Source of the DNA: Octopus sinensis
Taxonomy: Eukaryota
DNA: 64,000 nt
NCBI RefSeq assembly: GCF_006345805.1
Contig: NC_043011.1
Location: 40,064,464 to 40,128,463 of the forward strand
Reading direction: 5' to 3'
Made by a program: the position numbers and the translations under genes. Below the pieces are notes generated by a model. The model had not been told where the DNA came from. It saw only the letters and a program-made list of their open reading frames with translations, and did no database searches. Of this stretch, positions 14,377 to 27,114 are shown piece after piece. Every line of letters begins with the position of its first letter. Within the stretch, counting starts at the first letter, position 1.

Positions 14377-14409
<33 letters not shown>

Positions 14410-14838
14410 CACACATACATGCATGCATATATGTGTATGTGTGTGCCTGTATTTGTCTCTGACCAACAACTGCTTGATAACCAGTGATTTGTTTACATCC
14501 TTGTAACTTAGCACTTTGGAAAAAGAGAATGATGGAAAAAGTACCAAACTTAAAACGAAAAATAAAATAAAAGTACTGGTGCCAATCTGTTAGCCTAAAA
14601 CCCTTCTAGGTGGTGTCCCAGCATGGCCACAGATAACATTTAGATGGGGCTACAATTTGTCATTTTAAGAACCACCGAGCCAACACTTTTTGCCCCACAA
14701 CCTGCATCAGCCTAAATTAGTTGTAAATTCAGAAATACAACAGCATTATGTTCACCTAATTGTTGATCATATGATTCGATTACAGGATTCCAAGATCAAA
14801 ATCTAGCAATTCGTTGATGTGTATGGCACACCCACGAA

Positions 14839-15161
14839 GGCGCATGGCTCAGTGGTTAGAACGCCGAGCTTACGATTGTGAGTTTGAATCTTGTACTAGA
14901 CTGCGTGTTGTGTTCTTGAGCAAGACACTTTATTTCACGTTGCTCCAGTTCACTCACCTGTAGAAACGAGTTGCGATGTCACAGGTGCTAAGCTGTATCG
15001 GCCTTTTGCCTTTCCCTTGGATAACACAGGTGGCGTGGAGAGGGGAGGCTGGTATGCATGGGTGACTGCTGGTCTTCCATAAACAGCCTTGCCCAGACTT
15101 GTGCCTGAGCGGGTAACTTCCTAGGTGCAATCCCATGGTCAGTCATGACCGAAGCGGGTCT
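14839..15161 (+). mobile_element. tRNA-derived SINE, family C (V-domain-like core)
   Basis: A box tggctcagtggttag; core ttgtgttcttgagcaagacactttatttcacgttgctccag; tail tgcaatcccatggtc; flanking repeat atggcacacc. Copies at about 16276-16610+, 38390-38722-, 46658-46942+ and 62351-62665+. Confidence 0.85.
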
Positions 15162-16798
15162 CAGCATGGCACACCAAACATCATGTTGACTTCTGTGGTT
15201 CTTGTAGCTGTTTCTAATTTCTAAATCATACTCTTTTACTAGTTCCACTCACAAAGGGTTTTAGACAATTACACCAAACTCCAGTACTTAAATCTTGTAG
15301 GTATTTCACTGAGCTCTCCACCAAATTGCTGAAAGTTTACTTTCAAGTTATGTACCTTTGTGTTGAGGGAGTTACTTCCCCTAGGGAATAAATATCACTA
15401 GGAATCTCCCCCACCTTAATATAGACACACATGCACATAAACGGCTTCTATAGTTATTGTTCAACTAAGTTTCACTCACAGAATTATAGTCTACACAAGA
15501 CTAAGGCAAAAGTCACTTGCAACACAACACAGCAGGATTGAAACAAAAACGACATGGTTTCAAAGAAAACTTGTTTGTCACACAACCATGCCTCCATCCA
15601 TAAGTTATCATTATCCTTTAACTGCCATTTTCTATGCTGGCATGGGTAGGACATTTTGAGAGGAATTGGCAAATCAGAAGCCTGCACCAAGCTATGCTGT
15701 CTGTTTCGACGTGATTTCTACAACTGAATGCCCTTCCCAATGCCAACCACTACAGAGTATACTGGGGGTGGGGTGCTTTTTATGTGGCTCCAACAGAAGT
15801 GAGTAACTTGCATGACAAGAACCCCTTCAACTCGGGAGAGTAGTATTGAATTGTATTGAAGGATAGAGAAAGGTGTTTTGCTTTGAGAGAGAGAGAGAGG
15901 AGAGGAAGGTGACAAAGATGTGACAGAGAGTGGGGAAGGAAGGATTGTATACCCAAGTCACACAGAGGATGGGGTATATAGTAAAGTGGACAATCTAAGA
16001 TGGTCAGTTTAATCTGTGACTTGAAAAAAGAGGAGATTTGGTTGCTTTTTCTAGCTGAGTAACTCAGTAGAGGCTCATTTACCGGCTTAACTGCCAAGAG
16101 ATCTGCTGTGTACAAGATTTGATATCTATATTTGGCAATGTTAAACAGCTTTTTTTTTTTTAATATAAATCTCTTAATTAGAAGGAAGGTATCTTCAAAC
16201 CCTTGGCCTGACCTAAATACTTGCAGCAGAGTGGATTCCGTTAATGATACCTTAAAAGTACCTCTTGGTAGCGAAGGCACATGGCTCAGTGGTTAGAGCT
16301 CCTGGCTCACAACCACAAGGTAGTGAGTTCGATTCCTGGATCGGGCTGTGTGTTGTATTCTTGAGCAAGACATTTTATCTCACATTGTTCCATTTCACTC
16401 AGCTGTAGAAATGAGTGGCAATATCACTGGTCCAACCTGCATCAGCCTTTGCCTTTCTCTTGAATAACATTGGTGGCATGGAGAGGAGAGACCGGTATGT
16501 ATGGGTGACTACTGGTCTTACATTAACAACCTTGCCTGGACATGTGCCTTGGGGGTAACTTTCTAGGTGTAATCCCGTGGTCATTCATGATCTAAAAGGG
16601 GTGTTTACCTTTTGTACCCCATGGTGGTGAGAAATCAGGTGATGGATTAAATCCACCAACAAAGTCAGTAATGGACTGGCACATGGGGTTTGGCCCGACA
16701 TTCTGATGATCCTGATAGACACCCCTGCCCTAAACTGATACTTTATCAATCACTGAAATATGAAAGATAAAACCGAACATGGAAAATAAAATTGGGCT

Positions 16799-17236
16799 AC
16801 CATGACTAAAATATGAACTGGGATTATTTCAGACACACTGAGGGGCCCAAACAAATTAAATGGTTATGGCCATTTGCCTAAAGTACTGTAATCAAGATTC
16901 AATCCAGGGTTACTTCAATCACAATGAAGGACTCAAATCACAAGACAATTAGGGCTATTCTCCTAGCTAAAATATTGTTCAAGTGCCATCATCAGGATTT
17001 GAACCTATGTTACATCAGACAATAAGTCATTTACTGAACTAAAATAACGTTGAAGTGTCCTAACCAGGATTCAAATCTAGGTTATTATGGTCCCAATCTG
17101 GTGATCTAACTACATGACGATCTATCATGACATTTGCCCAACTAAAATAGAGTTGAGCGGCTGTAACCGGGATTTGAAACTGGATTATTATCACTATGGC
17201 TACAACATGGGGTACTAACCACTAGATGGCCGCAGC
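16799..17236 (-). pseudogene. Tandem array of about 5 decayed tRNA-His(GUG)-like units
   Basis: Best unit 17160-17236 reads gctgcggccatctagtggttagtaccccatgttgtagcc...gtttcaaatcccggttacagc on the minus strand and aligns to eukaryotic tRNA-His. Related units at about 16799, 16885, 16985 (truncated) and 17057, separated by a recurring ctaaaata spacer. Confidence 0.65.
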
Positions 17237-17406
17237 TGTTTGTCCAGTTAGTTACCATCTTCTTCAACAGACACGATGCAAGTGCAGCAATGCTAACTAC
17301 TATCATCAGTTCTATAGTAACACAGCTGCTGTATATAACAGACCGCTCACGTAGCTATAAATAGCTACTACCAAGACACCACACACACCCACACACTTTA
17401 ACTTAC

Positions 17407-17549
17407 CTCGTTAGGCTTCATCACAGTTTGTTCATCTACAAATTTACCCCAGGGTCCAAGATAACCATCAACATCTGCTGCATTATCGTTCCGTAACCGT
17501 TTTCTTTTGTCACCAGGCCGACACTTGGTTTTCTCAAAAACTGTCAGAT
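17407..17549 (-). CDS. CDC40: CDC40/PRP17 internal exon (143 nt)
   Basis: Acceptor attatctag, donor gtaagt. LTVFEKTKCRPGDKRKRLRNDNAADVDGYLGPWGKFVDEQTVMKPNE matches the PRP17 LTVFE...KRK...DGFLGPW motif. Confidence 0.96.
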
Positions 17550-17759
17550 CTAGATAATATATATATATATACATTTATACACCATGAGTGCGCATATATA
17601 TTTAAATACATATATTATCTATATATTCATATATTTCAAAAATATATAAAACATAATTTGAGAAAAAAATAGAAATAAAATAGTGAAACAGTTTTAAAAT
17701 GTAAACAAGATTTTTTGGGCCAACAACTTGTCATTTTGTATACATACATAATCATCATC

Positions 17760-17796
<37 letters not shown>

Positions 17797-17955
17797 TGCA
17801 GGTGTGGTTGTGTGGTAAGAAGCTTGCTTCCCAACCACATGGTTCCGGGTTCAGTTGCACTGCATGGCGCTTTGGGCAAATGTCTTCTACTATAGCCTCA
17901 GACCAACCAAAACCTTGTGAGTGGATTTGGTAGACGGAAACTGAAAGAAGCCCGT

Positions 17956-18005
<50 letters not shown>

Positions 18006-18159
18006 TGTATGTCTGTGTTTGTCCCCCCCACCATCGCTTGACAACTGATGCTGGTGTGTTTTCATCCACCGTAACTTAACAGATGGAAAATGAAAGGATA
18101 CTTTCATACAAATATACAGTGTGTGTGCTCTTGTCTTCACATCACACAACAGTTGTGAA

Positions 18160-18922
18160 CAGCATTTCTCAACCAGGGTTCTCTGGAACCCTAGTGTTCC
18201 GGAAAAGGTAGCTAGGGGTTCCACGAGAAAGAGTGAAGTAAGCTGATATTAAATCTCATTATCGCAACATTATTATACATGCACAACATATTATTGGTTA
18301 TTGTAATATAGACACCATTCTATCTAACCTATTATGTTATCAGAAAAATATAACCACCGATAGGGATATATTTAGTGATATCTGTAATTTATGGACACCC
18401 TGTATTTTTTTCTTTACTTTTACAAAAATATCCTAATAAAACAATGTGGCAGTTTTTGAAGAGCAAACATTCCATAAATTTGGATGAGGCTAGTTATAAA
18501 GATCTACAAGCTCCTGTGCAGAAGTTCCTTCATCATCATACTCATCATCATTTAACGTCCCTTGTCCATGCTCTCATGGGTTGGATGGTTTGACTGGGCT
18601 GGCATGTTGGAAGGCTGTGCCAGGCTCCAGTCTGATTTAGCATGGTTTTCTATAACTGGATGCCCTTCCTAACGCCAACCACTCCGAAAGTGTAATGGGT
18701 GTTTTTACACCGGTATCTACCATGACTGTGATTTTGCTTGGCTTGATGGATCTTCTCAAGCACAACATAATACCAAAGGTCTTTAGTCATTGCTGACATG
18801 ATGCCCAACACTCAAAAGGAACTCGGCCACTTGGCCCCATGGGGCCCAACGCTCAAAAGGAACTCAGAGATGTGTAATTCATTTTAAGGGTTACGCAAGG
18901 GTAAAAAGGTTGAGAAACATCG
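18160..18922. mobile_element. hAT (Charlie-like) MITE with nested family-D insertion
   Basis: Ends cagcatttctcaacc...ggttgagaaacatcg with gggttc/gaaccc subterminal motifs. Related hAT ends at 3543-4047 (contains a family-E MITE), about 36535 and about 58976. Confidence 0.55.
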
Positions 18923-20473
18923 GTTGTGAACGAGCACCATCTGCATCAGAGTAGTGTCCTTCATTCCTAGTTCTACAATGCAAAACATGTCCATCTGTGA
19001 GGAGATATTTATTACCTTACTCGGAATTAGGTGAAGGTAGGGCAACAGGAATGGCAAGGGGCCATAGAAAATCTGCATCAATGTACTCTGTCTGAACCAT
19101 GCAAGCATGGGAAACGGGGACATTATGACAATGATGATGAATACAATTCACTTGTGAATATTGAATCCCATTTTCTCTATTTGTATCCCCAAGTCTACAA
19201 ATACAAACACACATGCTTTTGTTGTTGTTTAACCCAAGTCAACCTTGTTTGAGCATTGCAGCCATGATCACCCCATCTGCAAGACTACATCATCCAATAT
19301 GTCTCTTCCTTTTTGGGTGGAGGGAACGAAGGGTGTTAGGAAGGGCATCCTGCCATAAAAACCATGCCAAAGAAGACAGTGAAGCCAGATGCAGTCTTCT
19401 GCCTAGCCAGCTCCTGTCAAACCAACCAACCCACCCATGCCAGCATAGAAAACAGATACTAAATGATGATGATGATGAAGGCAATAGTGCGATGTTGATC
19501 TGAGGTAGATTTGGCTGCTATTTTGAGGCAGATCAAGCAAACATACAGGCACTCCCAGAGTTGGTTCAATGTGTATGTATGGCTATATGCATGAGTTACA
19601 TATTTATTAGGGTATAAATTTAGAATGTTTTACTAACACACATTTGTGATATTTTCACACAATGTTTTTCAAATTTTCATAGTTATATATATATAAAACA
19701 TATGGTATTCAGTTTATTTAGCAATGCTCAAGTTTTTTTTCTTATCTGGGTTATATTAATGTATAGCACAACCCACATCAATACCAACAGGACATCTTTT
19801 CCCAGTTTACTCCTTGTCATAAAGAAATAGAGATAAAAAAAGAAAAGATAAATTTAATATAAGATCGTAAATGTAATTTTGTTTTGCTAATAACTTCATC
19901 TTTTGAGATGATAAATTAGTCAATATTTAGAATCCACATTCAAAAAATAGTTATAAGTGGGCATTCAGATGTAAAATAATACTTTAATAAGAACTCAACT
20001 GACCCATGCCGGCACAGGAAAGTGGACATAAAAATGAATAAATGAAACATGTTGTAATCAGTTTAATCCATGATCTTCACTAGATTGTTCATTCCTGGAT
20101 GAGTAATCGAGACAAAAAATTATTACTCTTAGTTCTGAAAGGTTCCTAGTTCAAATCCCGCCTGGTGCTTTGAGACCTAATAAGTCAGTATTGCAATGCC
20201 CAAATGATTTTTTTATCAATTCACTATCCTTTAATACCATAATAACAATGCGCCCATTGTTGAAAGAATTATTATCATTACTATAATATTTATCATTATT
20301 ATAACTGAGTTTAAATTCCGCCAAGGTCAACTTTGCCTAGATATTCTTTCAGGGTCATTAAATTAAGTACCAGCTGAGTGCAGGGTTGACGTGATCAGCT
20401 GTCCCCCAACCCACAAAATCCAGGCCTTGTACACATAGTAGAAAGGATCTACTATAATTATTATTATTATTAT

Positions 20474-20771
20474 TCAGCAGTCTTATTTTTATCATGTGCT
20501 TTCATTGCACCACCGAGCACAGCTCTGTGTGCCTTGCGTATGTGCTGTGGTTTGTTGAGGTGCTCTTACTATTAGTGTATTGAAAGTGATTTGCATAGCA
20601 TGTGTGCAGTGCCTAGTAGTGCTGTTTTTTGTATGTTATATATACTTGTAAGTCCTGATGTTTTTGTTATGTATTTGTCTGAATGTTTTTTTTTATCGTA
20701 CCTAATGCACCTACTATGATAGGAAATGTTTTTGTTTTTAGGCTCCACATTTGAGTTACCTCTATTTTTAG
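20474..20771 (-). mobile_element. 3' end of an R4/Dong-clade non-LTR retrotransposon
   Basis: Minus strand reads LKIEVTQMWSLKTKTFPIIVGALGTIKK/HSDKYITKTSGLTSIYNIQKTALLGTAHMLCKSLSIH* with one frameshift in an A-run. This is the typical R4/Dong C-terminus, followed by a short 3' UTR running into (AAT)n. Confidence 0.8.
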
Positions 20772-20975
20772 GAAAGGGGACTAGTCAATTACATCAACCC
20801 CAGTGCGTAACTGGTACCTATTTCATTGACCCTGAAAGGATGAAAGGACCCTGAAAGGATGAAAGGCAAAGTTGACCTTAGCGGAATTTGAACTCAGAAC
20901 ATAAAGACAGATGAAATTCCATTAAGCTAAGCATTTCACCTTGCGTGCTAACGATTCTGCTACCTTGCCGCCTTC

Positions 20976-21007
<32 letters not shown>

Positions 21008-21233
21008 CCTTTCTACTATAAGCACAAGGCCTGAAACTTTGGAGGAGGGGGCAAGTTGATTACATCGATCCCAGTGCATAACTGGTACTTATTTCATCAA
21101 CCCCGAAAGGATGAAAGGCTAAGTCAACCTCGACGGAATTTGAACTCGGACTGTAAAGACGGACGAAATGCCACTAAGCATTTTGCTTGGCATGCAACCA
21201 TTCTGCCACCTTGCTGTCTTCTTAATAATAATA

Positions 21234-21266
<33 letters not shown>

Positions 21267-21520
21267 TGATGATGATGATGATCTTTCCAAATCAAAGAGT
21301 ATCCAGCAATGGCTATCCAAAAAAGATGTTCATTTGCAGAAGAACTGTTTTTCAAAAGTAGTTAGACTCAAAAATATTTTTCCTCTTGTATATGTTCCTG
21401 TTTCTTCTCCCCATTTTAATATTCTGTGATGGATATGGGAGGAAAAAAAAAAAAAATTTTTTTAAATGAGGGAGGAGGGTGGAAAGATAAAACGAATGGT
21501 AGGAGTAGGAGAAAAGGGAG

Positions 21521-21575
<55 letters not shown>

Positions 21576-23326
21576 CTACACTTTCACCACCAACCACAAC
21601 TGGTGTGTAGCTATCAGCAACTGTTATGTGGATAAAGGTAACTACTATAAAGTATGTGTGTGTACGTGTACATGCATGCATCTATGTATGTGTGTGTGTG
21701 TTTGAGTATATATGCATTTTGATAGCTATGAATATGAAGACACATGCTAATATACAAAACAGATGTGGAAACACTTTTGAGTAAAAAAAAAATATATGAA
21801 AATAGAAAATGAAAATTAAAAAAAAAATACAAGAAAAATGCTTTAAAAAAATTGCAATGGGAAAAAAAATAAAGATGAGATTCCACTGGCTTTGACTGCT
21901 TTACTCAGTCAAGCAAACAGGCTTATATCTGTGATCTTAATTACATAATAGGTTTTTTTTCATTGGCACCAAAACATGCTGACTTAACAGCTCTACAATA
22001 CTTTCCCAAGACATTCCAAGACAAACCTCAGTGGTATTCACCTTGGTTACGAACTTGCGAGTGGGTTTCAATGAAAAGCAAATGTTAAATAAAACACACG
22101 GTTAGCTGTTGTCAATACTTACCAGTTTCCAAGCAAGGAAATATTTCCTCATGGCTAGACACGTTTTTCAAAATGATTAAAAGTGAACGAGTCATGTTTA
22201 TGACCACTGTGCAATGTCAAGCCAAGGACAGGGACACGGACACACACACACACACATGATTAGCTTTTTCAGTTTCTGTCACCCAAATTCACTTACAAGG
22301 TTTGGTTGGTTCAAGGCTAAGCTGGAGAATATTTTCCCAAGATGCTGCACATTGGAACTGAAATCAAGAACACATAGTTGGGAAGCAAGCATCTTAACCA
22401 CATAGCCACACCTGCATCTGGAACAATGTTCCAGCAGAAATGATAAATGAAAGACACTTTCAGAAATGCTCAATGTATCGGGGTACATCAAGTAGGAGAT
22501 TAAGTGTGAAATTTGATCTATCACACTAATGATGTATTAAGAGATGATCCACCAAGTCTAGAGGAGGTGCCAGGCACAAATAAATCACTCTCAGATAGAA
22601 GCGGACAAGATCCCAGTAGAAGTAGACAAATGGTAGAGACAAATGCATTCAAGGGAGGCAGATGATGTTAGAGAGACACACATACATAATAATTAATTGC
22701 TGGTACTGATGAAAGAGCAATAACTCTTTAAATATGTATATACACCCATCAGCACTTTTCCTATTGTCAATCACATTGTTTACATATATACAATTGTTTA
22801 CTATATTGGATCTATAAAATTATATATAGATGTGTGCACATGTAATCCATGCAGCAGATATGAATAAACAAGGCAAATTAAATAATGTCTATGTAGATTG
22901 AAAAAGATGGTGAACAGCTTTATTGATATTTGAACCTCATCAGAGGTGTCAATCCCATTCTGATCAATTTGTTAATAGACTCAACAACTCCAGTAGTTAT
23001 GAGAACTGGAAATACTAAGTGGTTAATCCATTGACAGAAGTGACCAGTCAACAGGGGTCTCAGTCCACACAGTACCAAGATATATTATATATCCTTTTTT
23101 CTTTTTTACTTATTTCAGTCATTAGACTGTGGCCACGTTGGAGCAACACCCCGAAGACATTTAAGTCAACTGAATTTAACCTAGTACTTATTTTTTTTAT
23201 TAAGTCTGTTTTTTTAAAGTACTTTTTATTGGTACTTATTCTATTGGTCTCTTTTGCTGAACTGCTAAGTTACAGGGATGTAAACACACCAACACTGGTT
23301 GTCAAGTGGTGGTGGACAAACACACA

Positions 23327-23371
<45 letters not shown>

Positions 23372-23736
23372 AATGGGATTCTTTCAGTTTCCATCAACTA
23401 AATCCACTCACAAAGCTTTGGTTGGCCCAAGGCTATAGTAGAAGACACTTGCCCAAGGTTTTACACAGTGGACTCAACCCAGAACCATGTGGTTGGGAAG
23501 CAAGCTTCTTACCACACAGCCACACCTGCACCTATATAAGTTAAATAACAAAATAATGAGAGGATGGATAGCTTTTTACTAAGTGCAAAGGGAAGAGTTT
23601 AGTAACCATTACATATTTCAGGAACAAAAGCCAATCATCAGAAGTGAACAAACTAAAGAAATAGAAGGAATTTGATGGTTGTGAGCAACAATCAACATGG
23701 TTGGATCTGTGTAGAGTCACATTTCTTTAATCTGTT

Positions 23737-23778
23737 CACTTCTGATGAGAGCTCTTTATGTTTGAAATATAGAAAAGT
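23737..23778 (+). ncRNA. Degenerate minimal type-I hammerhead-ribozyme-like motif (Penelope-like element relic)
   Basis: cactt-CTGATGA-gagc(tctttat)gttt-GAAA-tata-gaaaagt: both core boxes intact, stem II pairs mostly by G-U. Confidence 0.4.
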
Positions 23779-23902
23779 TACTAAACTTTTCTCGTTTTGT
23801 ACTGGAAAAGGCTCTCCATCTTCATTGTTTTGTTATTTTACTTCTCTATCACAATACTTCACGCAGACTGCAATGCTTTTCATACACATTTACATAAACA
23901 TA

Positions 23903-23935
<33 letters not shown>

Positions 23936-24017
23936 GCGGACGTTAAATGATGATGATGATATATATATATTGGATTACTGCTAGATGCATTAAGAAATTT
24001 TCAAATTAGTCTTTTTT

Positions 24018-24400
24018 TAGAAGCTACTACAATGCAAACAGAACCATAAATAAATGGCAGTTCTTTATGCATCAGCTAAAATAGCTCTTCAAACAATGGG
24101 TGGTGCGGTGTGTTGTGGGGGGGCAAGAACAGAAATGCCTGTGGGAATTGAACCGTGTATCAACAATATAACCATTACACCAAAGAGACACGACAACTCT
24201 CAGCGGTTGAAATTTAAAGCTTTTGGAAAGCTAGAAAGTGAAATTATGGCTACTGAGACCATCTGGTATATAACAGTTCCACGGTTTGATTCCTGTAGAC
24301 AATTCGTCTACTCTTTTTTTCCTATTGTCAAAAGGAGCATTTTACTAAATATATAGGGAACTTTTATTAAATAGTTCTGTTTGTATTGTAGCAGTTTCTT
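24018..24400. mobile_element. Candidate MITE with about 27-bp imperfect TIRs
   Basis: agaagctactacaatgcaaacagaac ... gttctgtttgtattgtagcagtttct. Confidence 0.5.
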
Positions 24401-24790
24401 ATATATCAGCATCATTTTAACATCTATGTTCCATACTGCTATGTGTTGTACAAGATATACATATGTGTGTGTATGTGTTAGTGGCTAGTCCCTCCATTGG
24501 TTATGACAACAAGTGTTCCAGGTGATTCGATCAACGGAACAGCTTGCTTGTGAAATTGCTTGCAAGAGGCTGAGCACTTCAAAGAGATGTGTACTCTTAA
24601 CGTAGTGCTCAGGGAGATTCAGCATGACAGAGAGTGTGACTGGGTTGGCCCCTTGTATTACAAGTACAATTAATTTTTGACAGCTGAGTGGACTGGAGCA
24701 ATGTGAAATAAATTGCCTTGCTCAAGAACACAACACACAGTCAGGAATTGAACTTATGACTTTAGAATCCTGAACCAAACACCCTAACTA

Positions 24791-25005
24791 TTAACCCTTT
24801 TGATACCAACCTGGCTTAAACTGCCTCCAGCTCTGTAATACAAATGTCTTGCTTTCAAAAGTTCTGAATTAAAATCTGCCACCAAACCTTAGTCACAATT
24901 TATGTTCTTAACACTAGCTTAATGATAACTAAGTTATTTTACTAAATTCTTTGTTATATTTAAAATTAATTGAAAGAAACAGAAATATGGTAACAAAAGG
25001 GTTAA
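24791..25005. mobile_element. Second piggyBac-type MITE (family F)
   Basis: ttaacccttttgatacca ... tggtaacaaaagggttaa (TTAA TSD, TIR with one mismatch). Decayed copies at about 55642-57220. Confidence 0.82.
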
Positions 25006-26164
25006 GCCTTTTCATATATATGTAACCCATGTTAGTGGTCCAACCCATGCTAGCATGGAAAGCGGATGTTAAACGATGATGATGATGTGCTTGAGAAGTG
25101 AAATTGTAGTCGTGGCACATAAAAAGCACCAATTGGAGCGTTGGGCCTCACAGAGGCAATGCAGCTGATGCCTGTGTCACGTAGAAGACACCATTCGAGT
25201 GTTGGGCCTCACGGAAGCAATGTGGCCATGCTAGTGTCATGCAAATGGCACCCATGCCAGTGGCACATGAAATCACGCATTACACTCTCGGAGTGGTTGG
25301 CATTAAGAAGGACATCCAGCTGTAGAAATCATGCAAAATCAGACTGGAGTCTGGTGCAACCCCTCAGCTTACCAGCCCTGGTCAAACTGTTCTACCCATG
25401 CCAGCATGGACAAGAGATGTTAAATAATGATGATGATGATGATGGTGATACGATATCTTTGTACACATACACACATGTCAGTCTGTATATATGTATGTAT
25501 GTAGAATGTGTCTGTGATCTCTAATAAGGAAAGGGGAAAGATAATGCAAAATATATTTGTGGCATCATGCTGAAGTAAGAAACTAATATTTCATGCAGTT
25601 CTTTGAACCCAGGAGGCTGCTTACAGAAACAACTACCACTACTACCCCTATCATCATCATCATCGTCGTCGTCATCATCGTCATCACTGAAGCAACAAAA
25701 ACAGAAACAGTTAAGCTACTTGGTTCCCCACATGTAATGGGTGCTGGGTGTTAACTTTGGCACCCAAAAATACATAAATATATAAATGAAACACAGACAC
25801 GCAGGAACGCAGTTAGAAGCCAACATCTGTGACATGAATACTTCCTGTTGAGTTCACTGGTGTATGTAATTGTAGGAGCAACTCACTGTTGCATTTGAAT
25901 TGCAGCGAAGAATTCCTAGCCTCAAATCACTTCAAGTCATGTGACACAGCAAAGCAGAGAAAAAACACAAAAACAAATAAAATAAATGAAGTTGGTAAAT
26001 AAACCAGGTCCCTAACGGAGACACCGACACCTGTTCTAAGGCAATAGTGGGATCTTGATTTTGGGGGTCTTTGTTGCCCGGTCATTATTCTCTCATGTTA
26101 CCAATAACCAAAATGTAGCTGCTCATCAGTTTCCTTTCTATACTACTACTACTACTACTACTGT

Positions 26165-26460
26165 GGAGGCACATGGCCTAGTGGTTAGAGCAACGGACTC
26201 GCAGTTGAGGAAACGCGGGTTCAAATCTCAGACCGGGCGATGTGTGTGTTTATGAGCGAAACACCTAAGCTCCATACGGCTCTGGCAGAAGGTAATGGCG
26301 AACTTCTGCTGACTCTTTCGCCACAACTTTCTCTCACTCTTTCCTCCTGCATCTTGCAGCTCACTGCGATGGACTAGCATCCCGTCCAGGTGGGGAACCT
26401 ATACACCAAGGAAACCGGCCCTTATGAGCTAGGAATGGCTCGAGAAGGAACAAGCAAAAC
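26165..26460 (+). mobile_element. tRNA-derived SINE inserted in an (ACT)n microsatellite
   Basis: A box tggcctagtggttag, B box gggttcaaatct; flanked on both sides by (act)n-actgt. Confidence 0.75.
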
Positions 26461-26591
26461 TACTACTACTACTACTACTACTACTACTGTTCCAACATCA
26501 ACCACTTTCTCACTCTTATCACTGTATTTACCCCTTCCTCCCAACCACATACATACTCTCACTTCTGAAGAAGAGAAAAAGCAGAGAAAAC

Positions 26592-26627
<36 letters not shown>

Positions 26628-26664
26628 GAAAAAAAAAAGTCAAGAGAAGATGTATTTAACTTAC

Positions 26665-26745
26665 GTTTATTTGCTTCGGCTTTAGCAACATCTCCAATGA
26701 CAGGAGCTTGTGATTCTATTTCAGTGCTGGGATCAGTAGCATAGC
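26665..26745 (-). CDS. CDC40: CDC40/PRP17 internal exon (81 nt)
   Basis: Acceptor gttatatag, donor gtaagt. (G)YATDPSTEIESQAPVIGDVAKAEANK(H) resembles human GYALDPS...IGSVEEAEKNQ. Phase 1-1 fits both neighbours. Confidence 0.93.
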
Positions 26746-27114
26746 CTATATAACACATAGAAATAAACATTAGATTACAACAACAACAACAACAGCAACA
26801 TGAAAAGCAATTAGTACAGCTACTGTCTATCTATCTATTGATGAAGTATTTGATAGACTGTCCTTGTGATTTCAGGTTCAACATTGTCACACACAGAACT
26901 ATGCTTATTATTTTAACCCTCCAACATTTAACCTGGCCATTTCAGGCATAAATATTCATACTGCTCAAATCAGTCACATTTGGCCTTTTACACATACCCA
27001 ACAATGTCATTCTAAAAATAAACAATCACATCACTGAAATCTTGAAGCTACGAAAATATGCATGATTAATTTAAAACAGTGTGAACCAGTTTCGCATAAC
27101 CAGCCCCAGCCCAT

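Noticed and set aside
14839-14910. Functional tRNA genes at A/B-box motifs
   Set aside because: These are SINE heads that run into SINE cores and lack complete cloverleaves.
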